Below, piece after piece: positions 35,575-48,240 of a stretch of 64,000 bases of DNA; the stretch's first letter is position 1; every line of letters begins with the position of its first letter. Origin of the DNA: Haliotis rufescens (lineage: Eukaryota); assembly GCF_023055435.1 (NCBI RefSeq), contig NW_025964372.1:23312001-23376000 (forward strand), read 5' to 3'. The position numbers and the translations under genes were made by a program. The notes under the pieces are model-generated. The model saw only the letters and a program-made list of their open reading frames with translations, had not been told where the DNA came from and made no database searches.

Positions 35575-36995
35575 AAGCGGCAGGACGCAACAATACTTCA
35601 GTCCACACATCACCCGGCTTCATAGTCATTTGACACAGCCAAAGGGTTCAGTTGGTTGCATTATTCTTTAGATCGGCGTATTGAACAATATATTTCGCAA
35701 TCTGAACACAAAAAGTTCAACATTGATTTCGTCGACGTGTTGAAGACTCGCGTGAAAGTTTTCTTGTATACATCTGTCACGGCATTTTTATTCACAATAC
35801 AAAAGTAAACCCGTCTTCAGATCGAGCATATCTTTACAGAAATCTGTCCATCACGGAAAAAACCCATTTAATTAGTAGATTCTGGTAGCCATCTGCGCCC
35901 GACTTCTGCAGTGAGGGCCACAAACACAGGCCCAGTTGTCAGTAGCAACATGTCAGGTATAAGAATGGGCTGTAGAGGCTGTCTAGTGTCTCCTTGCCGG
36001 TGTGGCATCTATAGCCTTAAAGAAGTCTCTTGAGACGCCGTGCTGACACATGTTAAATACAACTTCATTGCTGTTTGTAGTGTTTCAGCATTGGCGACTC
36101 CGTAGAAGAGATCCTTCCTCCTATGCTGGTCGGAAGACGCGACTAAATGGATCGGGTGGTCAGGCTCGGTGACTTGGTTGGGTACCTGGCAACGTTCCAC
36201 GATGGCGGGTATCGTTTGCTCACAATATCAGTTACGGGATTGTCTGATCCAGATTCGAATATTACCAGACGACCGTCATATAGTTGGACTATTGCCGAGT
36301 GCGTTGAAACAACAAACAAACAATATTGGGGGGTACTTTAAAAGGTAACTATATCGCTTTTATCTCCTCGTGAACGATGAAGCATTTTAGGCGTCTTATC
36401 TTTACTGTGGTCTTAATACGGCATTTCAATTTGCCATCGATGTATTGTAACAGCCAATTACAAGCATAGAAAGTTGATCAATCTCGCTCCTAAACATGGT
36501 TGATAATGCCTTCAAGTAACATGGTGTAACTGATAGTTCTTCCCCCTGTTTTATTATTGTATTAAAGCGTAGTCATAACACATTATCTAGATTTAGTAGG
36601 TTTTCATTAACTCAGGTTTCACTCGGGAGTCGTTTGGCTTCCACAAAATGCCATAAGCCTTAAAACACAATGGCTTCAGCAAATTATACTACTACTCATA
36701 TGAACGGTATTATCGAATATCGAGAAATGTTCAGGTACGGTAAAGATCCCGTGCGAGCCGAACTCAAGGAAAATATAATTCTGTTGTGAGCAATGTTATT
36801 CCACAGTACTAGTGAGTGACAAAGGAAATGTCATTTCGCGACTAAATAAGAAATATCCAAGCCTAATTACTATGGTCTGTAAATGATCAAGGCTGGGCCA
36901 TACAATCCAGTGACCAAAAGCATGCGCATCGACTAAGGCCATTGGGGGACAATGTCATAATCAGCCCAGTCAGAAAATCTGACCACCTGATTCCA
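35575..36995. repeat. Diverged ~1.4-kb dispersed duplicate of 55590-56965, containing an old family-B-like insert
   Basis: Colinear matches such as tgctggtcggaagacgcgactaaatgg, ggcatttcaatttgccatcga and cagcccagtcagaaa. Confidence 0.85.
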
Positions 36996-36999
36996 GAAA

Positions 37000-37399
37000 A
37001 TATACACCTCACAAAGACCCGGATATTAATTTTAGATGACACCCCTATTACTGTGGTATAGGAAGCCAAGTTCCTGGGTATTATTGTCAATCAACGTTTG
37101 ATATTTCTGCCCCATATATAATTATATATAAAGAATAAATGCCTGAAGGTACAACGGTGTTTCAAGTTCAAAGGGGGAGGGGTCATAAAAACCCTCCTCC
37201 AACTTGATTATGGCTCGATTGCCAATGGTGGAGCATTTAAAAGTAATCATCAAGTCTGACACTTTGATTTCGAGTCATCTTATCCTCACCGATTGGTAGT
37301 CTTATGTGGAGGCTGGTGAGCCTTTAAACAACGTTGAATTAAATTATCTTTGCAGTAAATACATACATACATACATACATACATACATACATACATACA

Positions 37400-37430
<31 letters not shown>

Positions 37431-37760
37431 TGGAATAAGAATATAATCTGATATTTCTGCCGCTAAAATAAATCTTAAAATAGAGCCCCCTTCTCAGCCT
37501 TTGTCTTCTCCACCAGATGTGGACCTGACATTACCTGACATTGACACAAATCATTTACATTATCAACAAGATCATAATCAGTTAAAAAACTTTTACAATA
37601 CATACAAACTCTATACAGATGGATCCAAGGATGGTGGCGCGGTTGGAAGCGCCCTTGCCACTGGATCCAGGACTCGATCATCCAGATTACCTGACAACCG
37701 TTCCCTTTTCACAGCAGGCGAAAGTATTATACGCTGCAAAAAAACAAAAAAAAACCCGCA
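37000..37760 (+). mobile_element. I/Nimb-group LINE fragment (RT end and RNase H)
   Basis: EAKFLGII, LDYGSI, and YTDGSKDGGAVGSA..RLPDNRSLFTA (RNase H). Interrupted by (TACA)n at 37358-37429. Confidence 0.75.
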
Positions 37761-38999
37761 AAGATCCATTTAGATGTATCTTTTATACAGCATAAAAATA
37801 TTCAACAGATGGTAATAGATTGTTTAAAATTGGCACACATCATTGCCATGGTGTAGCAGGTTAGGGTGGTGCAAATATCACAGTTAAGACCAACGCCTAC
37901 TGGGGGTGAGTTGCGACCAAAAAGTTTATTTTCCATACCAATATTCACCCTGGAACATAATTGAACAAATAATAAATAAATAATTATACTCATTAAAACA
38001 TTGCACTTATCACCGTTATTTATATAATAATTAAAATGCATTCACCACATTATTATATGATGTTTTCCATATTACTTCAACTGCATCAATGCACTTTAAT
38101 ATACAAGATGTATATAATACATACATGAAATATAAACAATGAATAACTAAATTATTATGCCTACCGAATGTATGGCACTCAGGTGATAGTAGGCCAAATC
38201 ACTCGTCACTCAGACCCATCTATAAATAACATACACATGTCATTCTAACTTTAATATAAATATCATAAAATAATATACATAGTAATCTACTGCCATAATA
38301 ATTCAATCTAAACCTACTACCATCATTATCTCAAATAGAATGTCATAGATAAACCTACATAAATATACACATTACCTGTGCTGTAATATGCTCATGATTA
38401 TACACGACACACATTTCTCATGGCAAACAATATGGCGGACACAAATACTTATATCTGTCGCCTTTATCATAAAAACATATTATAGTACATTACATCAGAG
38501 AATCATAAACATGAATGCTGTGTTTATTATCGTTACTGTACTTATGACATAAATTACATTCATACACTCAAATCACAAAAGTATATCTACACTAAAATAA
38601 TGTTTACATTATACATGCTGTACTAAAACAAATATTACATCCTACATAATGTTTATAATCTAGTATTAAAACTAACCTTTGGAGATTTATAGTGAAGATG
38701 AAGCTGTGAAAGTCCTGGGCACGATACGTGTCAAAATATGAGTCTCATGTCGTGACTGTCCAGAGAGAGCTGTATATAGTAGACTGACTTAGTTCTTGTG
38801 TTAGTATAGAAGCTTGCCCTCTAAAAGCAAGACCAAAGAATACTCTCGACCCTCACAATAAACAAAAGAACTTACCAGCCCAAGTTCAGCTTGGAGCAAT
38901 CAGGCTGGAAACTTGTACCGTACATAATCTAATAAAACACACAAATAACACTGTCTAAAACCAATACCATATATATACAGATAAATTATAGAAATGACA

Positions 39000-39290
39000 C
39001 TGCCACAATGGTACACATGGAACAGTAGATTGTCAAGGTGTAAGTCATCTGTCCTCAATATCTTGCATGGCCACCATTAGAGGCCAAAACTGACTGGTGT
39101 AGTCGTCCCAAGGAAGCAATCAGAACCCGAACTGAGACCTGGGGAATGTTCACCCACTCTACCTGCAGTCTTTGTTCCAACTGTCGGAGGTTCCAACTGT
39201 CGGAAAGTTCCACCCACATAATCACACTACCACCACCAGATCAGTCCCAGTTTCAGTTCGCCCGCCTCACATGCATTGAGTGAAGTAAAC
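39000..39290 (-). mobile_element. Tc1/mariner remnant related to 40440-41380
   Basis: Shares catggaacagtagatt, catctgtcctcaata and cccacataatcacactaccaccacca. Confidence 0.7.
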
Positions 39291-39544
39291 AGATGGTAAA
39301 AGGCGAAAGAAACGCACAACACACAACTCACAACCCTCCAACCCCGTCAGGATGGCACAGGGCGATAGAATTGTAGCATTGTTAAACTCAGCGTTTAATT
39401 TAACTCCCTTCCTTACTCACTCCTTATATAGCCTTTCGGGTTGTGCCCTTACAGCCTTTTGGGTTGTGCCCTTAAAGCCGTAAACACAACTGACACAGTT
39501 TACGTAAAGTAGTTTATGTCAAAGAACTTTTATTACAGGCTGTG

Positions 39545-40110
39545 CAGTTCAACCACAAAGTCGCATAACCACGAACAACCAAAATAACTATACAACTATT
39601 CAGGATGCTGTAGAATTAATACGATATCTCTGACAATCTGTGGTGATGGGTTTCACCCGTTTGTTGGCTTTTCAGATTCCCAAGATTAAATTCCAATGAC
39701 AATTTCTCCTTTCTATGAACTGATCTCTCATGCGGATTACAGGAATCTCGGTGAAGTATTTACGACATTCGTGGCCCTTCATTATTAGCCACTGAAAGAA
39801 AATAAATGAAAAAGATTTCTTAAAAACTAAGTTAAATTCGATTTCTTAATATCCAATTCTGTTTCTTGACAGTTCATTCAAAAGTGTATCAATCTGTAAT
39901 TAATGTTGCGATATTTTGCCCCGGGGATGATTGTGGCCTTTTCTATAGATGTCCCACATGTTTCCGCTCAACAATCAGAGTAAAAATAGGTCTGTGTGTT
40001 TATTATTTACCGATAAAATAATTTATACAGTGTTTTGGATGTTGCATGTCAGATAGGGACCTTTATTCAAACATAATATGTGATTGAAGGAAGACCATAT
40101 TCTAAACAAA
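39545..40110. repeat. Diverged dispersed duplicate of 61630-62170
   Basis: Colinear matches: tcagga.gctgtagaat, tgacaatctgt, aaaactaagtt, atatccaattct, gtcccacatg. Confidence 0.8.
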
Positions 40111-40439
40111 TGTTTTCATGATGAACATATGAAATCAGCTATTGAAACTTTGAAGCAATCGAAAATATCACATATATAGATAAACTCTGCAATGAACATA
40201 ATAATAAAATAGTAAGTATTAAAAACAATTTCATCCATTATGATAAGAACCTGTCCTTGCTGGTTTGTATCGGCAACATATGTAGTAAACAGGAGATGGA
40301 AATATAAATATGAAGAAGATACATTCGGAATATAGTATACATTTGTTCAGAGTCAGACCACTAAACGGGAAATATAACAAAAATAACAGGCTTGAGTGAT
40401 TTTTAGATCTGTTTTTTATAGAGCATATAAATAATCAAC

Positions 40440-41380
40440 AGATGGGGATTAATTGTTAATAATTGGCACACATCATTGTCATTGATTCAGGTTTCATATG
40501 GAACACATGGAACAGTAGATTTTCAAGGCAAAGGTCATCTGTCCTCAATATATTGTACGACCTCAATTAGAGTCCAAAACCGACTGGCATCGTCGTCCCA
40601 AGGATCCCGAATTGTGGCCTGGGGAATGTCCACCCACTCTGCCTGCAGTGCTTGGGCCAACTATCGGAGGTTCCATGTTTGCTGCTGACGTGCTCGCAGC
40701 ATGGCGGGACCTGTATGTTGTGATTCCTGAAAAAGGCTGTTGTCAGTCTTGCCGTGTGAGGTGGGGCGTTGTCCGTTTTGATAATGACGTTCGCTTGTTG
40801 CATACTAGGAAGGACGTGTGGCCGAAGAATCTCATCCGTGTAACGTTGTGCGGTTAATTTCCCCAGAACTTGCACCAAGTCTGTTCTACCAGTGTATGAG
40901 ATTGCTGCCCACATAATCACACTACCACCACCAAATCCGTCCACTTCCCATATGCAGTTTCGTGCATTACGTTCCCCGCGACGACTGTAATCGTCTACCA
41001 TCTGCACGGCGAAGCATAAAACGTGACTAGCGACAAAACAAAACTTGCTCCATCGCAGTTGTGGACATACTCTATGACCTTGACACCATTGACGTCGCAG
41101 CCGACGATGCAGGTCCGTCAAAATGACACCTCGAACTGGTCGTCTAGCGCGAATACCTTCAGCGCGTAAGCGGGTGCTCACTGTCTGGACGGATTCCCTA
41201 CGCGATCCTGATATTGCCGTAGTTGTAGATGCGGCCGTGGTGGTTCTTTCACGAAAGGGACGTAGCTGTATGAATCTGTTCCGCGCTCTAGTAGTGATAC
41301 GTGGTCGACCGGATCTGGGAAGGCCATGTGTTGTCCCTTGTGTCTGATAACGGTTCCACGGTATTGTAATGGTCAAGTTG
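40440..41380 (-). pseudogene. Tc1/mariner transposase pseudogene
   Basis: WNRYQTQGTT..PRSGRPRITT, GGGSVIMWAAISY, YTDEILRPHV, DNAPPHTAR. Frameshifted. Confidence 0.9.
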
Positions 41381-43779
41381 TTGAAGGAAGACCTCGAACT
41401 TCCATCGTCTCGCGGATCCACAGCCTTCTAGAAAATGCTGCCTCGAAGCCTCTCGAACAATGCTGTTTGTGCCGGAAGAGTCTGTAAACCAAGCTCTCCA
41501 CACCGGAGCTCGCTATACATGGAAGGTAGGGAAGGTGTCAAGCGCTGTGCTGGAATCTGGACTATAAACAACCACACGGTCAAGGTCATTGACAAAGCTC
41601 GAATATTGTACGAGCGCCTCAATCAAATTGTTGCCACTTACAATCGACTCTACTGCCACTAACAAAACTACTGCCACATGACACCTGACACCTAGGTAAG
41701 ATTCCCCCCCCCCCCCCCCCTTTCGAAATGAAGCCATGAAATTGCGGGAATCGAACCCGGATCTTCGTCGTGAAATAGATTTCGATCAGAGATTTCATGT
41801 ATTTGCTGTGTCTATTGAAGTCAGGGTGACCCTCTCAAATCGCCTTGTCAACATCTTCGCTCTAAATGTATCAATTTGCGAAAATTCCTCCTCATAAAAA
41901 TTCGTTAGCCTTGAATGACAAGTTCCAACCTGCCAAATCGTGTCCCATTTGCCATTCAAAGGGAAACAACTATAAAAGTGAATGTACCACACGATCTCGC
42001 GGGCATTCGCGTGATAAAGCTAGATTAAAGGGCGTGAGGTTTTTTATTCGTTTATCAGACTTGATTTACTGAAGGCTTCAGAAGAAGAAATATGTCAAAA
42101 GACAGAATTTGGCTAATCAGTAATCACGGTCAATAGATTAGAAGCTCATTAAATTTAACTGTCGTTCAAATTAACAACATAATCTATCAGCAGAACTTTA
42201 TTTTAGATTCTTCGTGACATTTAAAAGTGAAATGAGGACATCTCGTTCGTAATTGAATCGATCAAGACATATGTTTGTTAAGTCAGCTAAAAACATTACT
42301 CCTGTCTTCACAGTAATAATATAATTTATATTTTAGTCAAACTTTGTAAAATTGGTAGCTAACTTTCAGAGCCATAGGTAATCCCCCCGTAATCCCAAAA
42401 CACAATGTATTAAATATTGCTTTTGTGACTTAAACTCACGCATAATCACCATACACACACACACACATACAGATATATGGAAGCTTACAATGTTAATATA
42501 TAACCTTGAACACTGAATTACTCAAGAACATACTTAATCGCAAGTAAGTAAATTAATTTTGTAAGCAATTCCATTCTCCCCTTTACTCATTATTATACGA
42601 ATACGTACAGAAATACACAATCTGATGTTAATACAGACACTTGAGCATTGCTTACACAAGAATAAAGTTAATCACTAGTCAGATGGCAATGAATACCTTT
42701 CTCCCTTTTAATCAGTTATAATTATGAGATAAACAGACTGCGCTTGTAATGTAGAGCCAGTTCATCTACTGCTTAGCCAGGATAAGTTGAAAGACCTGAC
42801 GATTAACCCCTTACGACGATGTATGAGGTCCGCCCACTGGTAAGTACCATTGTCATGAAAGGGGTAGCGGGTGGTCCGCGACAAGTAGTACGATAGATTT
42901 GCGCGCGTCCTGTCTCGGCTTTTGACACTGCTTGAGATATATTTTTACATTCTTTGTCCAATTAATTTATGACATTATAGGTCAATTCTTGAGCCGGAGA
43001 ATGTATGATTTGGCCATGCTTACCTGGCTTTGACATGCTTATTTGTTTGTAATTAAATTCCATCAAATGACTTTTTGAGAATTCTAGTATCGACTTGTCA
43101 CACCGACCTTTTTGTAGTCTTAGGAGCAACACGTGTGTCCACGGGAGCGTAGTCAATTTCATGGTCACGTGCACATGGCGTACACCCTCGCTGCGTGTAC
43201 CTGTGACAAACCAAATATGTTTGCCCACATTTTGTGCACCGCCTACTTGTCTCGAACACTTAGTAGTATTTACATTTGTTAAAATACAGGATGTTTATCT
43301 CCATTCTACCATGACAAAATAAAACGCGAACACGAGTTAAGCTGATGTGTGCCTGCCATGGATTAAATGCACAGAGGGCAACAACCTTATCTATCAATGA
43401 CTGGATCATTGAGGCTACAGCGTATAGCAGGAATCATATCTTTGAAAACACAATTCTGTCTTGAATGTCTGACAGTCAATAATGCCTTGAAATACATATA
43501 CGTCAAGCTTAACCTACAACAGAATGTCTTCAGCAATTAGGATGCTTTAGTAACAGGATATAGCGTAATTCGACTACTGTTCGTAACATGTGCCCTTTTC
43601 AGTGGATTAGTTTGTGTCTCAAGCAGCTCTTTAAGAGTCTCATGTAAAGTTTGTGGTTATAACCACGCGTCATTTTCCTGTGTTTTATTGCAGCCTTATT
43701 TGTAATTTGGTTTGAGTTTTCTTTACAAAAATCTTAGGCATATTGTTCGAAATGGAAATATGAAATTACAAATTTAGTA

Positions 43780-43954
43780 CAGTAAACTACGTTTATAACG
43801 AACACGCTTATAACGAACTGACCTATACAACGAACTTATTTTTTAGTCCCGGACATTTGTTGTAATTATGTTGTAGATATACTTATAACGGACTACGGTT
43901 ATTACGAACTAAAATTCGTGGTCCCTTTGAATTCATTATAACCGTTGTTTACTG
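43780..43954. mobile_element. Tc1/mariner-pogo-type MITE
   Basis: TIRs CAGTAAACTACGTTTATAACGAA and TTCATTATAACCGTTGTTTACTG, preceded by TA. Internal ttataacg repeats. Confidence 0.75.
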
Positions 43955-44898
43955 AAACCTGTTATATATAATATTTACTGAGAGAAGATGTAAGGTAAGA
44001 AAGGAAACGTCAGGTCTAAAGGTCATTTCACTTCCCCTATTGACCTACTTTGAACTTATTTAGTAGTGTTTTTAGGGACAGGAGAAGTTGTTTTTTTAAG
44101 CGTGTGCAATATCCGGACATAAAGGCTTACGAGGCACTTGTGATCATATGTGCACGATATCAAATAAATTGCGTAAAACATATTTTTTTAAATAAATTGA
44201 TAAAATACGTAATACAAATCCTCATAGACGCCAGGTAAGATTTGAAATGTATCTGTAATACATAGTCAAAGACTCCATATCCAATTATGACGGACATTTC
44301 TATAATGGATAGGACTTACTGAGTATTAAACTTTAATATTCGATAAGGTTTAGAGTGATTCGCCCACAAAATTAATATAGTTTTTTGTCAAAACTATCAA
44401 CTATCAACAAGTGAATGTGTAACTGCATCATTACATGGCTTCAGATTGTTTCAAGAAGTGTTTTCGTTGGTTTTACGAAGCCTGTTTAATGTCAAAGCGG
44501 TAATGAGTTTTGAGTAGGGATTGGTTCTCTCTAGGCTTCTGGGTAGCCAAACTCACATTACACGTGTGCGTCGTCGTGCTAGAGGTCCGTTTCTGCTCTC
44601 GAATATTGATACAACCTGATCATGTAATGTCAGCTCAAGGGTAAAATAACATCCTTGCTTCTAATTTAAACGGAGATGTTTGTCACAAAACTAAAACCTT
44701 TTTATCACAATAATCTGCTTGTGGGCGTAAGGCGGACAAAGTGTTCCTGCTTTTCAATTTTAGCTGCGTCGATTTACAAGTCACGAAGCATTCTCGATGT
44801 TGAGAGCATGAGTAGAATATCAAAATTACCATAAGTCTGTGTACGGTCATCCTATCCTTGTGCCCTGTGAATGTGTTCCTTATTTTCTCCTTCATCAG

Positions 44899-45058
44899 AG
44901 GGGCGGTCGGGTAGCCTAGTGGTTAAAGCGTTCGCTCGTCACGCCGAAGACCAGGGTTCGATTCCCGACAAGGGTACAATGTGTGAAGCCCATTTCTGGT
45001 GTCCCCCGCCTGTACATTGCTGGAATAATGCTAAAAGCCTCGTAAAACCAAACTCATC
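44899..45058 (+). mobile_element. SINE family A
   Basis: Matches the family consensus. Confidence 0.88.
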
Positions 45059-46249
45059 CACCTTAATAGGAAAATGGTATTTGTTTCAATAGACTTACAT
45101 TTAAATGTCTTAAAAGAGCGTTTGATAGGGTGAAAGGATCCATACAAAATCTGAGATAGTACCACGCTTGCTCTGCAAAAGGTAGCTATGATTTAAACGC
45201 TTTTGTACCAAGAAAGGCAAGGTGACACAGTTGTTTTGGGGCCTGCAACTCGACATAGCCCTACGTGAATGAACGCCAGTGGTGGTGGCCATCATTACCG
45301 CACACAATCATGTAGAAATATAGAAGCCTATGTAAATACATAACGTTTAACATTGCTCACACAAGAATAAAGTTAATCTCCAGTCACTTGGAAATAGATA
45401 CCTTGCTCACCGTTCTCACGTATAATGGATCTTAAATACCTATTTTGGCTTTGCAAGTGTCTTTCGGGCCGATCTGATTTTGTGTCTTTCACGATGTTAA
45501 ATAACAACCTGCTCCTCCATCAACGACTGAATAAATGAGGCTACATTTCTAAAACACCAGTTATCAGGCATCAGGAAATAACATGACATAATTCGACTGT
45601 TTGTAAAGTTTGCCTTTTTTAGGGATCAGTTTGTCGATGAATAATCTATTTCTGTATTCTAATTTTATCGTTGTGGTTTTAACCGCGTTTAATATTCTAA
45701 TATTGTCTTTCGGATTGTTTGTATTGTTGGGTATATATATTACTCGTTTTAGCATTAAATTTTATAAACAACACACTAAGTTCGGCTGTGAAATTAAGAC
45801 TGTAAAGTTATAAGAATGAAAAGTTTAAATTTGTTTGATCATTTTCTTATACAATGGAAGTATTGCCATTCGAGTGAAAGAAAGAAAAATGGAAATAAAG
45901 TAAATGAAGTTCAGTGAAATCCAGGTGAAGTGTCTTCGTACAAATCTCGATTTGGGTCCCTTACCTGCGTCCGGATCTGCTCATAGCGGGTTCGAATCCA
46001 ACATTCGCCCCACACTTAGCATAGGCGGGCACCAGTATAGTGTCAGATCCGTGTACATTTTACATGTATATTTTCATGATACCACAGTTGCTGTATATTG
46101 AAAAATATGTATGTGTTCTTACAACAATCCTCTGTAACAATATGGGCACACAACATCTCTGATTCCACAGTCATTATTAAAGCGGCACTACCGGTATAAT
46201 ATAGCTGGAGGATTTCCGAGCATGGCGTTAAAAAACAAACAAACAAAGG

Positions 46250-46335
46250 TTTCGCATGCGCATGCGTCAGTTTGAGCCGATCAGAAGGCCGGGCGCGCTT
46301 TGCGGATTTGTCAGACTTACTTCCGGGGTCAAACG
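46250..46335 (+). promoter_or_regulatory. Putative housekeeping promoter (NRF1-like cgcatgcgcatgcg, ETS acttccgg, CpG-rich)
   Basis: Motif cluster in an AT-rich background, followed by a good donor site AAG|GTGAGA at 46536. Confidence 0.5.
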
Positions 46336-46494
46336 TTACCCGACAAGCGACTTAGCTACGGTTTGTGCTATTTCCCTCGCGATATTCATTACGTATCGCT
46401 GGGATTAGATGTATACCTTTACCTAAACCCACAGGGTCGGGAGAAAAATGTTTGAGGCTGATCAAGATGTGCGGTAGGCCTCACCATCAGTTAA

Positions 46495-47170
46495 ATGTCG
46501 CCACCATCTTCCACGGGACCCACGTCTGCTCGAAGGTGAGAATTTGCACGAATTTTCGCACTTTTGCACATATGCATACTCAATACGGGTAAATGACAAC
46601 ACGTAGCAAGTTATGATTTTACGCATGTTATAAACAAGGATAATGCTTGTAACTACAAAATCATTTTTGAATAATGTATTTTGGCAACATCGGGCATTGA
46701 GTTAGCAGGTCATATTGCTGAAATGTGACACGCTAGAGGACCGTGACACACTGTAAACAAATATGACAGTGATCTGATTTTGGTTAGTGCAGAACGAAAT
46801 CTACTATTATTTACATTGAAGTACAAACAAGTTGAAATTGTATTCCTCTATCTTAGATATGATTTATTTTGTTACAGATTTTTAGATATGATTTAGTTTC
46901 AAAATCACAAAAATCACAATAAGCCTATCTATTAATATTGCAAATTACTCGAGCATAATATTGCAAATTACTCTAGCAGTAATAAATCTTTCGACATAGA
47001 AATATAATCTTTGCCAATGGTTTTCGTTCCACAAAATCTTTCAATTTAATTCATATAAGGTCCCTATTAAATATTGCTTTGCCTATTTCAGCTTTTCTAT
47101 GAAGAGAAAGGACCCATGCAGTTATGAATTACCTGATCCTATTCTTGTGAAACCGAATCATCCCTTCAAG
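46495..47170 (+). CDS. Candidate first exons (46495-46535 and 47092-47170) of an unidentified gene
   Basis: A GT-AG join gives the open frame MSPPSSTGPTSARSFSMKRKDPCSYELPDPILVKPNHPFK. No recognisable homology. Confidence 0.3.
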
Positions 47171-48240
47171 GTTAGAAAGAAGAGGAAAATGTCGTGAGAA
47201 ATATTTTGACAGATTGGAAAAAAAAAAAAATCTTAGTTGATGTAAGAAAATTATTGGTTTAGTATTGTTTGCAACATAAGTTATTGTTGGTTCTTACCAT
47301 AGGACATAATATTATTTTTTTAAATCTTTTTAAAGAATATTTTTTTTAAAAAGATAGTGTGGAAAGTGATAACCAGTATCATGACGCATGATACTTATTT
47401 CAAGATACAAAGAATTTGAAAAACAAAGGCAGTATCTCTTTGTCACACCCTGATCAGGCATTATCCAGAGTGCCTGATCAATTCTGATACAGAATAAATT
47501 ATATAATTCGTAATACATTTCATATATAACTGTGAATTTGAAATGTATTTAACCCAAAATGTAATTCTTTTCCTTGATCTGAGGAGATTGTCAATCTTTG
47601 ACAACATTATTAATGATGTTGGTTTTTTACAAATTGTTCAAGTTTTGGTTATGATTATGTTGAGAATGAGCTTTATATTTTACTTCACAGTGATTTTGCT
47701 GGCTTCGGGACATTTTCAAGTGAGTTTTTTATCTTTTGATATGACTTTACAAAATTTTAGAACAACTTTAGGACATTATGGATGACAATCAGTCAGTATA
47801 CTGGAAAGGGAACTGGTCTGAATCCCCGTTTGTGTGTATTTTTATTATTTAAGCAAATGTCATGTTCAGATCAGTATTTGTGAAGTATACTTAGGATGTA
47901 TGTTTAAATATCTAATGAACTCCAGGTGTCCAGCTACCTGATATTTGCATTTAAATGTATGTTGTTTCATGCATAAGTAATACTTGTCACTTCACATGTG
48001 GTTTGTAAAATGAAATATATTATTTAGTGTTACGTCCTATAAGCATGTGGTTTCTGGTGCAATAAAAAAATTATTTCTTCTTAATCAGTAACAGTCATGA
48101 TGTCAACAGGTAATTTTGTTGATTAAAGCTTTGAACTTATGACATATTTATGTCTTTGGGTGGCATTTAGAAGTGATTTAAGGATGGTGGTGTTCCTCAT
48201 AATTAAGAAGTTGACATCCATAAATTCTCTTCCTTATGAG

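Noticed and set aside
42644-42702. ~60-bp match to 45350-45410 (cattgct.acacaagaataaagttaatc)
   Set aside because: The similarity is real but too short to classify. It is probably a fragment of an old repeat.
47777-47825. Intronic C/D snoRNA (ggatgac...ctga)
   Set aside because: The C box is non-canonical, the segment is short, and there is no convincing terminal stem.
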